The position numbers and the translations under genes are program-made. Positions 1 through 8,148 of a stretch of DNA of 55,843 nucleotides are shown one piece after another (the stretch's first letter is position 1; every line of letters begins with the position of its first letter). Source of the stretch: Caldisericia bacterium (GTDB taxonomy: Bacteria; Caldisericota; Caldisericia; UBA6126). The notes beneath the pieces were generated by a model. The model had not been told where the DNA came from. It ran no database searches and saw only the letters and a program-made list of their open reading frames with translations. The stretch covers positions 1 to 55,843 of the forward strand of contig JAQVSG010000002.1 in assembly GCA_028700655.1 (NCBI GenBank), given 5' to 3'.

Positions 1-259
1 TTGGAAGTCCTGAGGCAGTAGGAATAGACAATACATCGGCGGTAACCAAATGATTGCCTGTTTCCAGATTCACTACCAAATTGGTCCAGTTACTAGTAGC
101 CATGGTTGCCTTTTCATCACCCCGATCGGGCATCCCAGCGTCCGATGATCCATTCATTAAGGTACCCACATACAAAGGCCTGGGAAAGAAGAAATGAAAC
201 ACCTGCTGCATACTTTTGTAAAGACTACTATTTGCTAGGGGGGGCTTGGATAGCGGCAT
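1..259 (-). CDS. partial CDS of unknown function running off the left edge (N-terminal part only)
   Basis: My own reverse-strand translation is open from ATG 259 (alternative ATG 211) to position 1 (MPLSKPPLANSSLYKSMQQVFHFFFPRPLYVGTLMNGSSDAGMPDRGDEKATMATSNW...). It is absent from the ORF track because no stop is reached. There is no clear SD and no recognisable domain. Confidence 0.3.
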   Translation of the reverse strand, partial: MPLSKPPLANSSLYKSMQQVFHFFFPRPLYVGTLMNGSSDAGMPDRGDEKATMATSNWTNLVVNLETGNHLVTADVLSIPTASGLP

Positions 260-284
260 AGGTTGATACAGGAACAGAAGAAGT

Positions 285-368
285 TTACAACGCTAGGGTG
301 ATTACAATAGAAACAAAAGAACGAATACATCGAGAACTAGGAACAGAATTACTCTTCTTAGAACGCAT
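285..368 (-). CDS. possible 27-aa small ORF (MRSKKSNSVPSSRCIRSFVSIVITLAL) behind a strong SD
   Basis: GAGGAGG lies 6 nt upstream of ATG at 368 and TAA is at 285-287. The peptide has a basic N-terminus followed by a hydrophobic stretch. It is out of frame by +1 relative to the downstream partial ORF, so it could also be the true N-terminus of a frameshifted gene. Confidence 0.25.
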   Translation of the reverse strand: MRSKKSNSVPSSRCIRSFVSIVITLAL

Positions 369-395
369 ACAAATCCTCCTCAAAATAATAGTGAT

Positions 396-429
396 AAAAA
401 ACCGATGCAATGTTTTTCCGACTTGCATC
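396..429 (-). terminator. intrinsic terminator-like hairpin inside a 5' leader (possible attenuator)
   Basis: On the minus strand the sequence reads GATGCAA-12 nt loop-TTGCATC, then GG and TTTTTT. It lies between a predicted promoter (573-601) and the SD of the small ORF. Confidence 0.5.
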
Positions 430-572
430 CTCACCATCAACACACAAAAACCAACAACACCTATCTTGGTTCTTCATAGAACCTTCCTTTCTGAACTTCA
501 ATAGAAGTTCCTCATAAGGGAAAACACCTAATAAAACAAAAGGTTAGATATGAGTATTATTTCTTGTGGATG

Positions 573-601
573 AATTTACAACGAAAAGAAAAAGATGTCA
601 A
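573..601 (-). promoter_or_regulatory. sigma70-like promoter (TTGACA-17 nt-TAAATT)
   Basis: On the minus strand TTGACA is at 601-596, the spacer is 17 nt, and TAAATT is at 578-573. An A/T-rich UP-like tract lies upstream. Confidence 0.45.
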
Positions 602-666
602 GAAAAAAAAAGAAAGAATAGAAAAGTGAATAAAGATAGTGAAAACGAATAAAATGATTGGTTTGA

Positions 667-712
667 TACTATTGAGAGGATTTAATGTTTGTATTAAATC
701 CTCTCAATAGTA
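667..712 (-). terminator. long perfect hairpin downstream of the CotH gene (terminator-like)
   Basis: TACTATTGAGAGGATTTAAT / ATTAAATCCTCTCAATAGTA form a 20-bp perfect stem with a 6-nt loop, 44 nt after the CotH stop. The flanking T-tract is weak. Confidence 0.45.
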
Positions 713-755
713 TCTCATTTGAGATGAATTGAATTGTTATGTAGATCGATGAGTT

Positions 756-2507
756 TTATCCCAATTTGCGATGGGAGATGTTTCGATATCGTACGATCAA
801 CAGAGCAAAGATTGCTGCAATAATCAAACCGTACAGGACTTGAAGCATAGAAATAGTTTGGGGTTGATTTTCAGGCCCAGGATGACCCATAGGCGGGTGC
901 ATTTCACCCATTTTACCAGGGTTTTGATTAAGTCTAGGTTGATTCTCTGCTTGCATTATGTCGAGAGGGGGAGGTGGTCTATTTTGAATACCATCTTTGA
1001 AAGGTTCTCCACCTTGTTGGGGAAAAGCATTTCGTGAACCTTTGTTGTTGGCAGAAGAACCATTTCCATCATTCGTAGAAGGAGTTATCCCGGCACTCTG
1101 ATCCAGAATTGTTTGTGACATACTATCCGCTACTACCAGTATAGGAGATACATTTTGATGAGGAGATTGCTTTTGCAATTGTGCTTGCAGATCTTGTGAT
1201 TCTTCGAGAAACGTGTTATCCAATGTAGTGTCAGAACTGTCTATGGATTCCACGGCAGTGATATTGTTTATGAACTCATCGTACGTATAAAAAGAGGTGG
1301 GATCTCTTTCTACATACTTTGAAATAACTGTCGATATGGCGTGAATTTTATTTTCGAGATACGCTTGAGAGATATAACAGGTACAGATTTCTTCCAGATA
1401 AGAATGGTATTTTTCAATATATTGTTCTTGCGATAACAATATCGACACTAAGGGTCTTTCTGAAACGCTCACTTGTGTTGGTTCATCGATGAATAGATTT
1501 TGTCCTCCACCCATATGAAATCCTCCAAACGCCATATTTAAATCCCAGGGTAACACAATAAAGGTTCCTTTATTGTTGTACAGATAATAATTGTGAGCAA
1601 ATGGACCAAGATAACTATCAAAATTGGCTATAGCTGTTGTAACAGCTAAGTATTTCAAAGCACTATCTACATCCATCACAGATTCCAAATTGTCACCTGT
1701 TGACAGTGTTTCAATGAAAGTATGCAATGCAATTTCATTGGGATTTTTTCGTGTCGTTTTACAATCCAATCCGGAGATATCATTCTGTAAAGATCCTGTA
1801 AAAGCCAATGTATTTCCGACAGACTTAAACAAATCCCCCGTGCTATCTCCAAAGTTTCTTTGTAGATAGGGTTCTAAAATACTTTCTACAACGTAATAGA
1901 GTCCATGAACTTTACCATTTATGGATAGTTCTGCAAAGCAAGAAAGAGGAACCGGAAGTCCCATTTCTTCATAGATTTGATAACCTAGGTATTCTCGAAT
2001 ATAGGAGGGATCAGAAAAACTATTGTTCAGATTCAATTGTGTAATGCCTCCGTAGGTCTGTGTAGAGTTGATATCATTAAATTGCAGTTTGAAGCTAAAT
2101 CGGTTGGATGATTTTTGATCATTTTCTTGTTCAGACCCATGGTGTCGATCAACTAAGGTTCGCAAACTGGAGTTTCCTTTAGGTCGAATTTTCACATAGG
2201 GGTATACTTCTTCATTGATGACAACGGTAACAATTTTATATTCTTCTTCGATAGCATTTTCTACCATATCTTCCCACTCGCTTTCTTCTATATTGACATT
2301 GATTTTCAAAACTTGATCTTGTGGGAATAAACTCTGGGTATCTTGTTTGTATAATGTAGAAGAAGCATTGTTTTCGTTACTATGAACCCTAGAGGATCCA
2401 AAAACCATGAACGTAGATAAGCACACCATGAGTATACATATAAAAAGAATACTCCAGCTTGTACGGCGCATTGTGTTCCTCCAAGTTTTACAAGACATAA
2501 TCACCAC
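756..2507 (-). CDS. cotH: CotH-family protein (atypical kinase fold), surface-anchored
   Basis: CotH core motifs are present (LNLNNSFSDPSYIREYLGYQIYEEMGLPVP, HGLYYVVE, FDSYLGPFAHNYYLY). The protein has an N-terminal signal/anchor and a C-terminal P/Q/G-rich linker plus TM helix. The start may be M13 (2471). Confidence 0.85.
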   Translation of the reverse strand: MVIMSCKTWRNTMRRTSWSILFICILMVCLSTFMVFGSSRVHSNENNASSTLYKQDTQSLFPQDQVLKINVNIEESEWEDMVENAIEEEYKIVTVVINEEVYPYVKIRPKGNSSLRTLVDRHHGSEQENDQKSSNRFSFKLQFNDINSTQTYGGITQLNLNNSFSDPSYIREYLGYQIYEEMGLPVPLSCFAELSINGKVHGLYYVVESILEPYLQRNFGDSTGDLFKSVGNTLAFTGSLQNDISGLDCKTTRKNPNEIALHTFIETLSTGDNLESVMDVDSALKYLAVTTAIANFDSYLGPFAHNYYLYNNKGTFIVLPWDLNMAFGGFHMGGGQNLFIDEPTQVSVSERPLVSILLSQEQYIEKYHSYLEEICTCYISQAYLENKIHAISTVISKYVERDPTSFYTYDEFINNITAVESIDSSDTTLDNTFLEESQDLQAQLQKQSPHQNVSPILVVADSMSQTILDQSAGITPSTNDGNGSSANNKGSRNAFPQQGGEPFKDGIQNRPPPPLDIMQAENQPRLNQNPGKMGEMHPPMGHPGPENQPQTISMLQVLYGLIIAAIFALLIVRYRNISHRKLG

Positions 2508-3168
2508 TGAAACTAACTAGATTGATATTTTGTATACCATCAACACTCCGCAAGGCTTTTATAAAGGTGGTATCATCGTCTTTTATGTGAATTTCTATCA
2601 AGATTTCTGTCCATTGATCTTTAGAAACACTTTTGGATTTAATTTTAAATCGTGGGAAAAAATTTTTCAACACGTGTAATGATTGTTCTTCAGTATTTTC
2701 ATCAATACACTGTAGAGAAAGAATATACGGTGAATCGATTGTTTTTCGATGTACAAAGAATAGCAAAACAATTCCAATAAGGATAGATCCTATAAAAGCA
2801 AGGGGGATAAGTCCGGCTCCACAAACAATACCGGTTCCAATAGACCAGAATAGAAAAACCAAATCCATTGGATCTTTGATGGCGGTACGAAATCGTACAA
2901 TGGAAAGCGCACCCACCATCCCTAATGATAGAATAATATTGGATGTAACAGCTAGCAATACAAAGGTTGTAATAATGGTTAAAAGGAGCAAGGAAATGTT
3001 AAAAGATCGAGAATACAAAACACCTTGGAACGTTTTTTTATATACTAAATATATGAAAGTTCCAATGAGAAAAGCTGCTAAGAAAGAAATGAGTACGTCC
3101 AGAAAAGAAAATGTCGAAGCATTCTCTATAAAACTTGTCTTAAAAATGTCAGCAAACGTAATATTCAT
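2488..3168 (-). CDS. DUF4956 domain-containing membrane protein
   Basis: There are 4-5 TM helices, and the motif IVRFRTAIKDPMDLVFLFWSIGTGI is typical of DUF4956. The gene sits between the VTC and CotH genes, which is the usual neighbourhood. Confidence 0.8.
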   Translation of the reverse strand: MNITFADIFKTSFIENASTFSFLDVLISFLAAFLIGTFIYLVYKKTFQGVLYSRSFNISLLLLTIITTFVLLAVTSNIILSLGMVGALSIVRFRTAIKDPMDLVFLFWSIGTGIVCGAGLIPLAFIGSILIGIVLLFFVHRKTIDSPYILSLQCIDENTEEQSLHVLKNFFPRFKIKSKSVSKDQWTEILIEIHIKDDDTTFIKALRSVDGIQNINLVSFSGDYVL

Positions 3169-3181
3169 ACTATTCTCCTAT

Positions 3182-3898
3182 TCATAAATAAAGTCTTGAA
3201 GCCGCGTATTTTGAAGCTGCAGAGATCTGCATATTGGGAAACATGATTAGATCTTGAATAAATTCAGGTAAAAAGTGATCGTATTTTACTTCTATGATTA
3301 CATTGCCTGGAGTTATCACGGGGTAAGTAGGGATCGTAGGCTGTAAAAAAGTGTGAAAGGATGTAGTTGTTGCCTTTACATGGCGATCAATGGTAATTCT
3401 TACATCGTTAACGTTATAAAGAAAAGCAGTTCGATTGTAAATCACAATGGACACAGGGTGCAGTTTCGTCGTTAGTATTTTAATCTTAAATTCCTCTACG
3501 AGTGGATCGGTGTGATCGGAAGGAGGAAAGACTTGATTCATTAGAATGTTTTTAACTACTTCAAACGATAGTATAGATTGGAATTTAGCAGTTCTTTGAA
3601 AATGTTTGATTTTCTTTTCCAATCGAAGAAAACTGGAATTGGTATTGTAGTAGCGTATGCGAAACTTCTCTCTACGACAATCTCCGTTTATTTTTTCATG
3701 CAAAGCTGTATTTTGCAGGGTATCGAAGTAAAGACTACGAATATAGTAATTTCCATTGGATAACGAATGAGGATCTAACTCTAGAATGCGTCTTAATCGT
3801 CTTTCTATACAATAAGCATCAAGTTCCGGTATAATAAATTTGTGTTCAAATCTGTATTCAATAGGTTCATGTTTGTATTCTTGTTCTTTTTTGATCAT
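3182..3898 (-). CDS. VTC domain protein (polyphosphate polymerase-like, triphosphate-tunnel fold)
   Basis: Tunnel-type beta-strand motifs are present: YRFEHKF, RSLYFDT, FRIRYY, LEKK, RITIDR, IIEVKY. Confidence 0.8.
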   Translation of the reverse strand: MIKKEQEYKHEPIEYRFEHKFIIPELDAYCIERRLRRILELDPHSLSNGNYYIRSLYFDTLQNTALHEKINGDCRREKFRIRYYNTNSSFLRLEKKIKHFQRTAKFQSILSFEVVKNILMNQVFPPSDHTDPLVEEFKIKILTTKLHPVSIVIYNRTAFLYNVNDVRITIDRHVKATTTSFHTFLQPTIPTYPVITPGNVIIEVKYDHFLPEFIQDLIMFPNMQISAASKYAASRLYL

Positions 3899-3929
3899 AT
3901 TTTGCCTCTTTCATGATAACTGACTCAAC

Positions 3930-3935
3930 TATACA
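3930..3935 (-). promoter_or_regulatory. candidate -10 box (TATAGT) of the VTC-DUF4956-CotH promoter, without a consensus -35
   Basis: TATAGT on the minus strand lies 31 nt upstream of the VTC ATG and 32 nt downstream of the direct repeats. The -35 position reads GGAGAT, which suggests activator dependence. Confidence 0.35.
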
Positions 3936-3966
3936 AAGGATTTGTAAGCGAATCTCCGTAAAAAAG

Positions 3967-3985
3967 TGGCAAAACTGTGGCAAAG
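3967..3985 (-). promoter_or_regulatory. tandem direct repeat TTTGCCAC-N3-TTTGCCAC, a candidate OmpR/PhoB-type response-regulator binding site
   Basis: Two identical 8-mers (plus strand GTGGCAAA at 3967-3974 and 3978-3985) occur with an 11-bp period. They lie directly after the kinase stop and upstream of the VTC gene. Confidence 0.45.
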
Positions 3986-3987
3986 TA

Positions 3988-5436
3988 CTACCGATTTGAA
4001 TCGGTTGAAAACATGATTGTGAAACAAGTTGTCTGTTGGGTACTTGCAATGGATATCGTTCCATTGTATTCCTCGACAATGGCTTTAACAATAGATAGCC
4101 CAATTCCATAATTGCCTTTTGTGCCTTTGTAGAAACGTTCAAAAACATGGAATACGTCTTTTTGTGGTATGGGATCTCCATCATTCTCAATCCGGATTTG
4201 TATGCCCTGGTTGTCTTGAGAACAAACGATGTGAATTCTACTTTGGGCATATTGTATTGCATTGGAAATTAGATTTGTAAATGCCTTACTCATTCTTTTT
4301 TCGTCGCAGTTAAATACGACAGGTTCTGAGTCGAAATGATATACCAGTTGAATGTGTTGTTGTTTTAAAAGAGGTGAAAAATTTTCAGTGCAATTGTGGA
4401 GGATTTCACGAATATCGTATCGTTTGTTCTTGGATTCATTGTAAGTACTTTCTAGTGTTGAGTAATATAATAGGTCGTTGACCATTCTTCGTAAAGTTTC
4501 AGTTTCTGCGAGAATGGATAGAATGGCCTTGCTTTGTGGAATAATATTCTTTTGGACTCCTTCGGCATTGGATTGAATAATCTGTAAGGGTGTTCGGAGT
4601 TCGTGAGACACATTTTGAAAAAAGAATTTTTCTTCTTGATTGAGCAATTCAAGTCTTTTGGCTGTTTTATTCATGCTATTTGCCAGATCGAATAACTCTT
4701 TGTCTTTATATTGGTTCTCAACAGGTTGAAATTTCCCTTTTCCAATTTCTTCTGCAAAGTTTGTTAAATGGCTGATCGGTTTAGTAATATAATGAGATAG
4801 AAAATAAGCAGACAGGAGCGCAAATAAAAGAGCAACAATAAAGAGCAAACCTAAAACAACGTTCATTTGCTGTACAAATTGAGCTACGGAGGTCATATCT
4901 ATATAGTAGATCAGGTAATGTAGGGTAGTTTCTTCTACAGCACGCGTAGGGATGGATACGAAATAATATTCTCTTACTCCTACTTTTAATGACATCACGT
5001 CCTTGTATTCCATATTCATTTGTTCGTTTTTAATTTGTTCCACAAATGCTTTTACTTCGGAAAGATTCTTCCATTCTTCCATTGTTTCGGTAGGAAAAAT
5101 CATTTGATATTGAGATGTAATAATAACAAAGTCAGACCGTCCAAACAAGGTTCTAGGCAGTCTTCTCATATCGGGAAAAGGTTCTGGAGGAGGCCTTGTA
5201 GAGGGTTCTTGGGAAGAATAAGGAAGGGTAGGTTTTTGAGGAGGTTCCTGAAAAGTCATCTGCAGGATGTCACGAAGTTGCATTTGAACTTGATGTTTTG
5301 TAAACCTTGAAGCCAGCAAATTAAAGCTTATAAATGTAAACCCTACTATAAAAAGGAGTAAAAGAGCAATAATGAAAAAAATTCGACTTTGAATTTTTAT
5401 CTTTCTGGTTGAGAGTAAATTTTTAGTATTTTTCAT
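3988..5436 (-). CDS. sensor histidine kinase (2 TM, extracytoplasmic loop, HAMP, HisKA, HATPase)
   Basis: The H-box is FFQNVSHELRTPL. N and G boxes are LISNAIQYA and GNYGIGLSIV. Two TM helices flank a ~170-aa Pro-rich loop. Confidence 0.9.
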   Translation of the reverse strand: MKNTKNLLSTRKIKIQSRIFFIIALLLLFIVGFTFISFNLLASRFTKHQVQMQLRDILQMTFQEPPQKPTLPYSSQEPSTRPPPEPFPDMRRLPRTLFGRSDFVIITSQYQMIFPTETMEEWKNLSEVKAFVEQIKNEQMNMEYKDVMSLKVGVREYYFVSIPTRAVEETTLHYLIYYIDMTSVAQFVQQMNVVLGLLFIVALLFALLSAYFLSHYITKPISHLTNFAEEIGKGKFQPVENQYKDKELFDLANSMNKTAKRLELLNQEEKFFFQNVSHELRTPLQIIQSNAEGVQKNIIPQSKAILSILAETETLRRMVNDLLYYSTLESTYNESKNKRYDIREILHNCTENFSPLLKQQHIQLVYHFDSEPVVFNCDEKRMSKAFTNLISNAIQYAQSRIHIVCSQDNQGIQIRIENDGDPIPQKDVFHVFERFYKGTKGNYGIGLSIVKAIVEEYNGTISIASTQQTTCFTIMFSTDSNR

Positions 5437-6124
5437 TGGTGCTCATTAGAATGCGAAACCCGAAACCCCATATCGTTTCAATGGCAACATTGCTATGTTG
5501 CATTTTTTTTCGCAAGCGTCGGACTGTATCGTCAGCAGCACGTGTTTCTACATCATAGTTATATCCCCAAATTGTTTGTAATACTTCGTCTCTAGAAACA
5601 GCTCGATGTTTGTTCAAAAGGAGATATTCAAGGAGGTTATATTCATTGGGAGTTAAAGAAATTTTTTGTTGCTGTATCATCAATGTCTTTTGATTTCGTA
5701 TTAACAGAATATCACCAAGCTGTAATGACGTATTATTATCAGGCAGAGTGGATATATCCATCTCAATTCTGCGGAATATTGCTTTCACCCTCATCGTCAA
5801 GGATGTTGCTGAAAACGGTTTTGTAAAATAATCATCGCTTCCAATGTTGATTCCTGTGGCATAATCCAAATCAGAATTTCTAGCAGAGAGCATAACAATG
5901 GGTATTGTACTAATATCACGTATAAGTTTACAAGTTTCAAAACCATCCATTCTTGGCATCATGATATCAAGGATAGCAAGATCACATGGTTGTACTTGAA
6001 ATCGTTCCCACAAGGCTAAGCCATCTGCAAATGCAGTAACGATGTAACCTTCACTTTGCAAAAAAGCGACCAACACTTCGCGAATACTTTTCTCATCGTC
6101 AGCTAGATAGATTGTTTTTTTCAT
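5423..6124 (-). CDS. OmpR/PhoB-family response regulator
   Basis: Receiver motifs are LADDE, DLAILDIMMPRMDG and FTKPF. The winged-helix part reads LTPNEYNLLEYLL...VRRLRKK...WGFGFR. It overlaps the kinase by 14 nt. Confidence 0.92.
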   Translation of the reverse strand: MKKTIYLADDEKSIREVLVAFLQSEGYIVTAFADGLALWERFQVQPCDLAILDIMMPRMDGFETCKLIRDISTIPIVMLSARNSDLDYATGINIGSDDYFTKPFSATSLTMRVKAIFRRIEMDISTLPDNNTSLQLGDILLIRNQKTLMIQQQKISLTPNEYNLLEYLLLNKHRAVSRDEVLQTIWGYNYDVETRAADDTVRRLRKKMQHSNVAIETIWGFGFRILMSTNEKY

Positions 6125-8145
6125 TGTACAATATTTACTTCTTCAGTAGTCGTTTTGTTACAGTTGAACAGATAATCTTGTATCCATGATTCAAGAATGA
6201 ACACCATAGCCAATGTATCCAATTCACAATACTTCAAAAGTGCTTTACGAATCTCTTTTCGTTCATACTCGGTCATTTCTGAAAACTGCAGTCGAGCATA
6301 CGCGGTGAGTGCAGCTCCGCCATCTTGAAGGCGATCATCGGTACTAAGAAGCCATGGTTTGTCATCGGGGATATCTTGAAACAAATCGGGTAACAAATCA
6401 TAGGGGTTGATCCATTGATTGTTGGCATATTGGCACCATACCCAATTGTCAAAATTGTGACTGTATATTCCATCTTTGGAGCCATAGATGGGCTTGGAAT
6501 ACTTTTTCTGTACAAATTGGCTTCTACTAAGAATGGCAGGCAATACCTTTTTTATACTATTGGAACCTTCCGTACGAGGATCATAAAAGAATCGCTTTAC
6601 GAGTTCGCAAAGATCAACCATATTGCGGTTGCCAATCCATTTCTCCGATGGTTTGCTGGTTGATTTGGTGATGGTTTGAATAAAATGGCAAAGCTCTTTT
6701 TGATCGGGAACAGGGTTTGGGTCCGTGATAAGTTGTGAATGTATAATCGTAAGGAAAGTATTCTCATGAGACGAATATCGAAAGATGGTACCATCATCGG
6801 TTTCTAGTTGTTTTTTCAATTGTCTAACAAATTCTACATTGGGGAAAAAGCCAGGTTCTGTATTGATAAATTCACCGGCATGGGACACAGTACCATCGGA
6901 TTGAAGAGTGTGGTGAGAAAACTGAAAAGCAATGCCTTCGTAGGGATGTCTACCTTTATGAAAAGGCAGTGCAACCATTGTCGTTTCGAAATCTATCAGA
7001 TGGAGAGGGTAGGTCCAAGACTGAACTTCTTTCAATAGGTTGTCTCGATCGATCCATACAGAGGAGTCGTTTTCTTGCTCTTTGTGTACTTGTATCCATT
7101 GTCGTTGACTCACCGACAACCCAGGTTTCTCATCTTTTTTGGGCTGAATGTCTTCTTTTGTAAGGTCTTGTATGTAGTACTTTTCTTGCTGAATACACCG
7201 TTCTTTATGTCGGTAATTCCAAAGGGAAAAGATTGTCTTTTTTGAGGAGTTGTAGGAAGGGTCTTTTGTAATCTCTCTCCAGCATTCTTCTTTTCCTGAG
7301 CGTAGATCTGGAGACCCCACGCCGGATTTTGGACAAATGAATTCACAATCGCCACATGCTTTTGTCGGGACGGGAGGAATTTTGGTTTGAGACGAGTATG
7401 CTTCTGAAAAAATCTGTACTTTTTCAGCAAAGGATAAGGATGCGTAAAAATCATTTGGAACTGGACATTTGGATGTATATATATGATGGCATATGGAATC
7501 GACATTAATGGCATTCAGAAGAGGAGGTGCCAGGTCACCTGGTTGAATGTTGTGGGCAGTGACTCGTTTTCTTCCATCTGCATCGCGTTTGATGGTAAAC
7601 TTCTGATTGAGTCCATCGGTAGGGCATTTTGCATTTTTATCGACCAATACAAGATGGGAAGAAATTGTACAACGGGGATACGCATTTTGAAGAACGTATT
7701 TCTGGAATGCAACATCGTATAAATAGGGTTTCCAAGTTGCTGTTGGAAAGCCTTTTTTGGTAACAAAATTAGTGCCTTCACTATCATAGGTTTTTGCTTT
7801 TACTTCGTACAAATCGAGATGTGCTCCATTTTTTACAAGAATATCAATCCGAATGAAAAGGGATTGATATTGGAAAGCGCTTTCATATAGGGTAATAGCA
7901 TCGTTTTCCATTCGCTTTTTGGTTTCCAAAAGAGCTTGGTCGGTGTTTAACGTATCAATTTCAATGCCATTTGGAAAATAGTATTTTGCTAGTTCGTGAA
8001 CTTGATACCCACCCTCTGCAAGAGCTTCTAAAAAAGAATCTTCCCGACGAACATTCGAATATTCAGGTTGATCCAGATAAAACAACTTGGTAGGGCATTG
8101 GCAGGCTATTTGAAAACGTGACTTAGTAAGAGTACGAGGACGCAT
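6121..8145 (-). CDS. DUF2779 domain protein (PD-(D/E)XK nuclease-like N-terminus plus DEDD-like exonuclease-like C-terminus)
   Basis: The N-terminus reads LTKSRFQIACQCPTKLFY with IDILV...LYEVKAK. There is a Cys cluster CGDCEFICP and a C-terminal HLIDFETT motif. An ATGA overlap joins it to the response regulator at 6121-6124. Confidence 0.7.
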   Translation of the reverse strand: MRPRTLTKSRFQIACQCPTKLFYLDQPEYSNVRREDSFLEALAEGGYQVHELAKYYFPNGIEIDTLNTDQALLETKKRMENDAITLYESAFQYQSLFIRIDILVKNGAHLDLYEVKAKTYDSEGTNFVTKKGFPTATWKPYLYDVAFQKYVLQNAYPRCTISSHLVLVDKNAKCPTDGLNQKFTIKRDADGRKRVTAHNIQPGDLAPPLLNAINVDSICHHIYTSKCPVPNDFYASLSFAEKVQIFSEAYSSQTKIPPVPTKACGDCEFICPKSGVGSPDLRSGKEECWREITKDPSYNSSKKTIFSLWNYRHKERCIQQEKYYIQDLTKEDIQPKKDEKPGLSVSQRQWIQVHKEQENDSSVWIDRDNLLKEVQSWTYPLHLIDFETTMVALPFHKGRHPYEGIAFQFSHHTLQSDGTVSHAGEFINTEPGFFPNVEFVRQLKKQLETDDGTIFRYSSHENTFLTIIHSQLITDPNPVPDQKELCHFIQTITKSTSKPSEKWIGNRNMVDLCELVKRFFYDPRTEGSNSIKKVLPAILSRSQFVQKKYSKPIYGSKDGIYSHNFDNWVWCQYANNQWINPYDLLPDLFQDIPDDKPWLLSTDDRLQDGGAALTAYARLQFSEMTEYERKEIRKALLKYCELDTLAMVFILESWIQDYLFNCNKTTTEEVNIVQ

Positions 8146-8148
8146 TGG

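Noticed and set aside
298-504. 68-aa plus-strand ORF in the first intergenic region
   Set aside because: It has no SD and a low-complexity composition. It lies antisense to a minus-strand leader that has a promoter, hairpins and a terminator, so it is most likely a chance ORF in AT-rich DNA.
580-660. The A-rich tract (aaaaagatgtcaagaaaaaaaaagaaagaatagaaaag...) as a mobile-element or poly-A remnant
   Set aside because: There are no flanking target-site duplications, inverted repeats or transposase or RT genes. It reads better as the AT-rich upstream (UP-like) region of the minus-strand promoter at 573-601.
2633-3187. 184-aa ORF antisense to the DUF4956 gene. Similar long antisense ORFs occur at 17987-18487, 8236-8589 and 38717-39100.
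   Set aside because: Each one fully overlaps a gene with clear family motifs on the other strand, and none has recognisable motifs of its own. They are typical shadow ORFs.
3867-4262. 131-aa ORF overlapping the 3' end of the histidine kinase gene and the 5' end of the VTC gene
   Set aside because: It lies in a different frame on the same strand as the kinase HATPase domain, which has clear motifs, so it is spurious.
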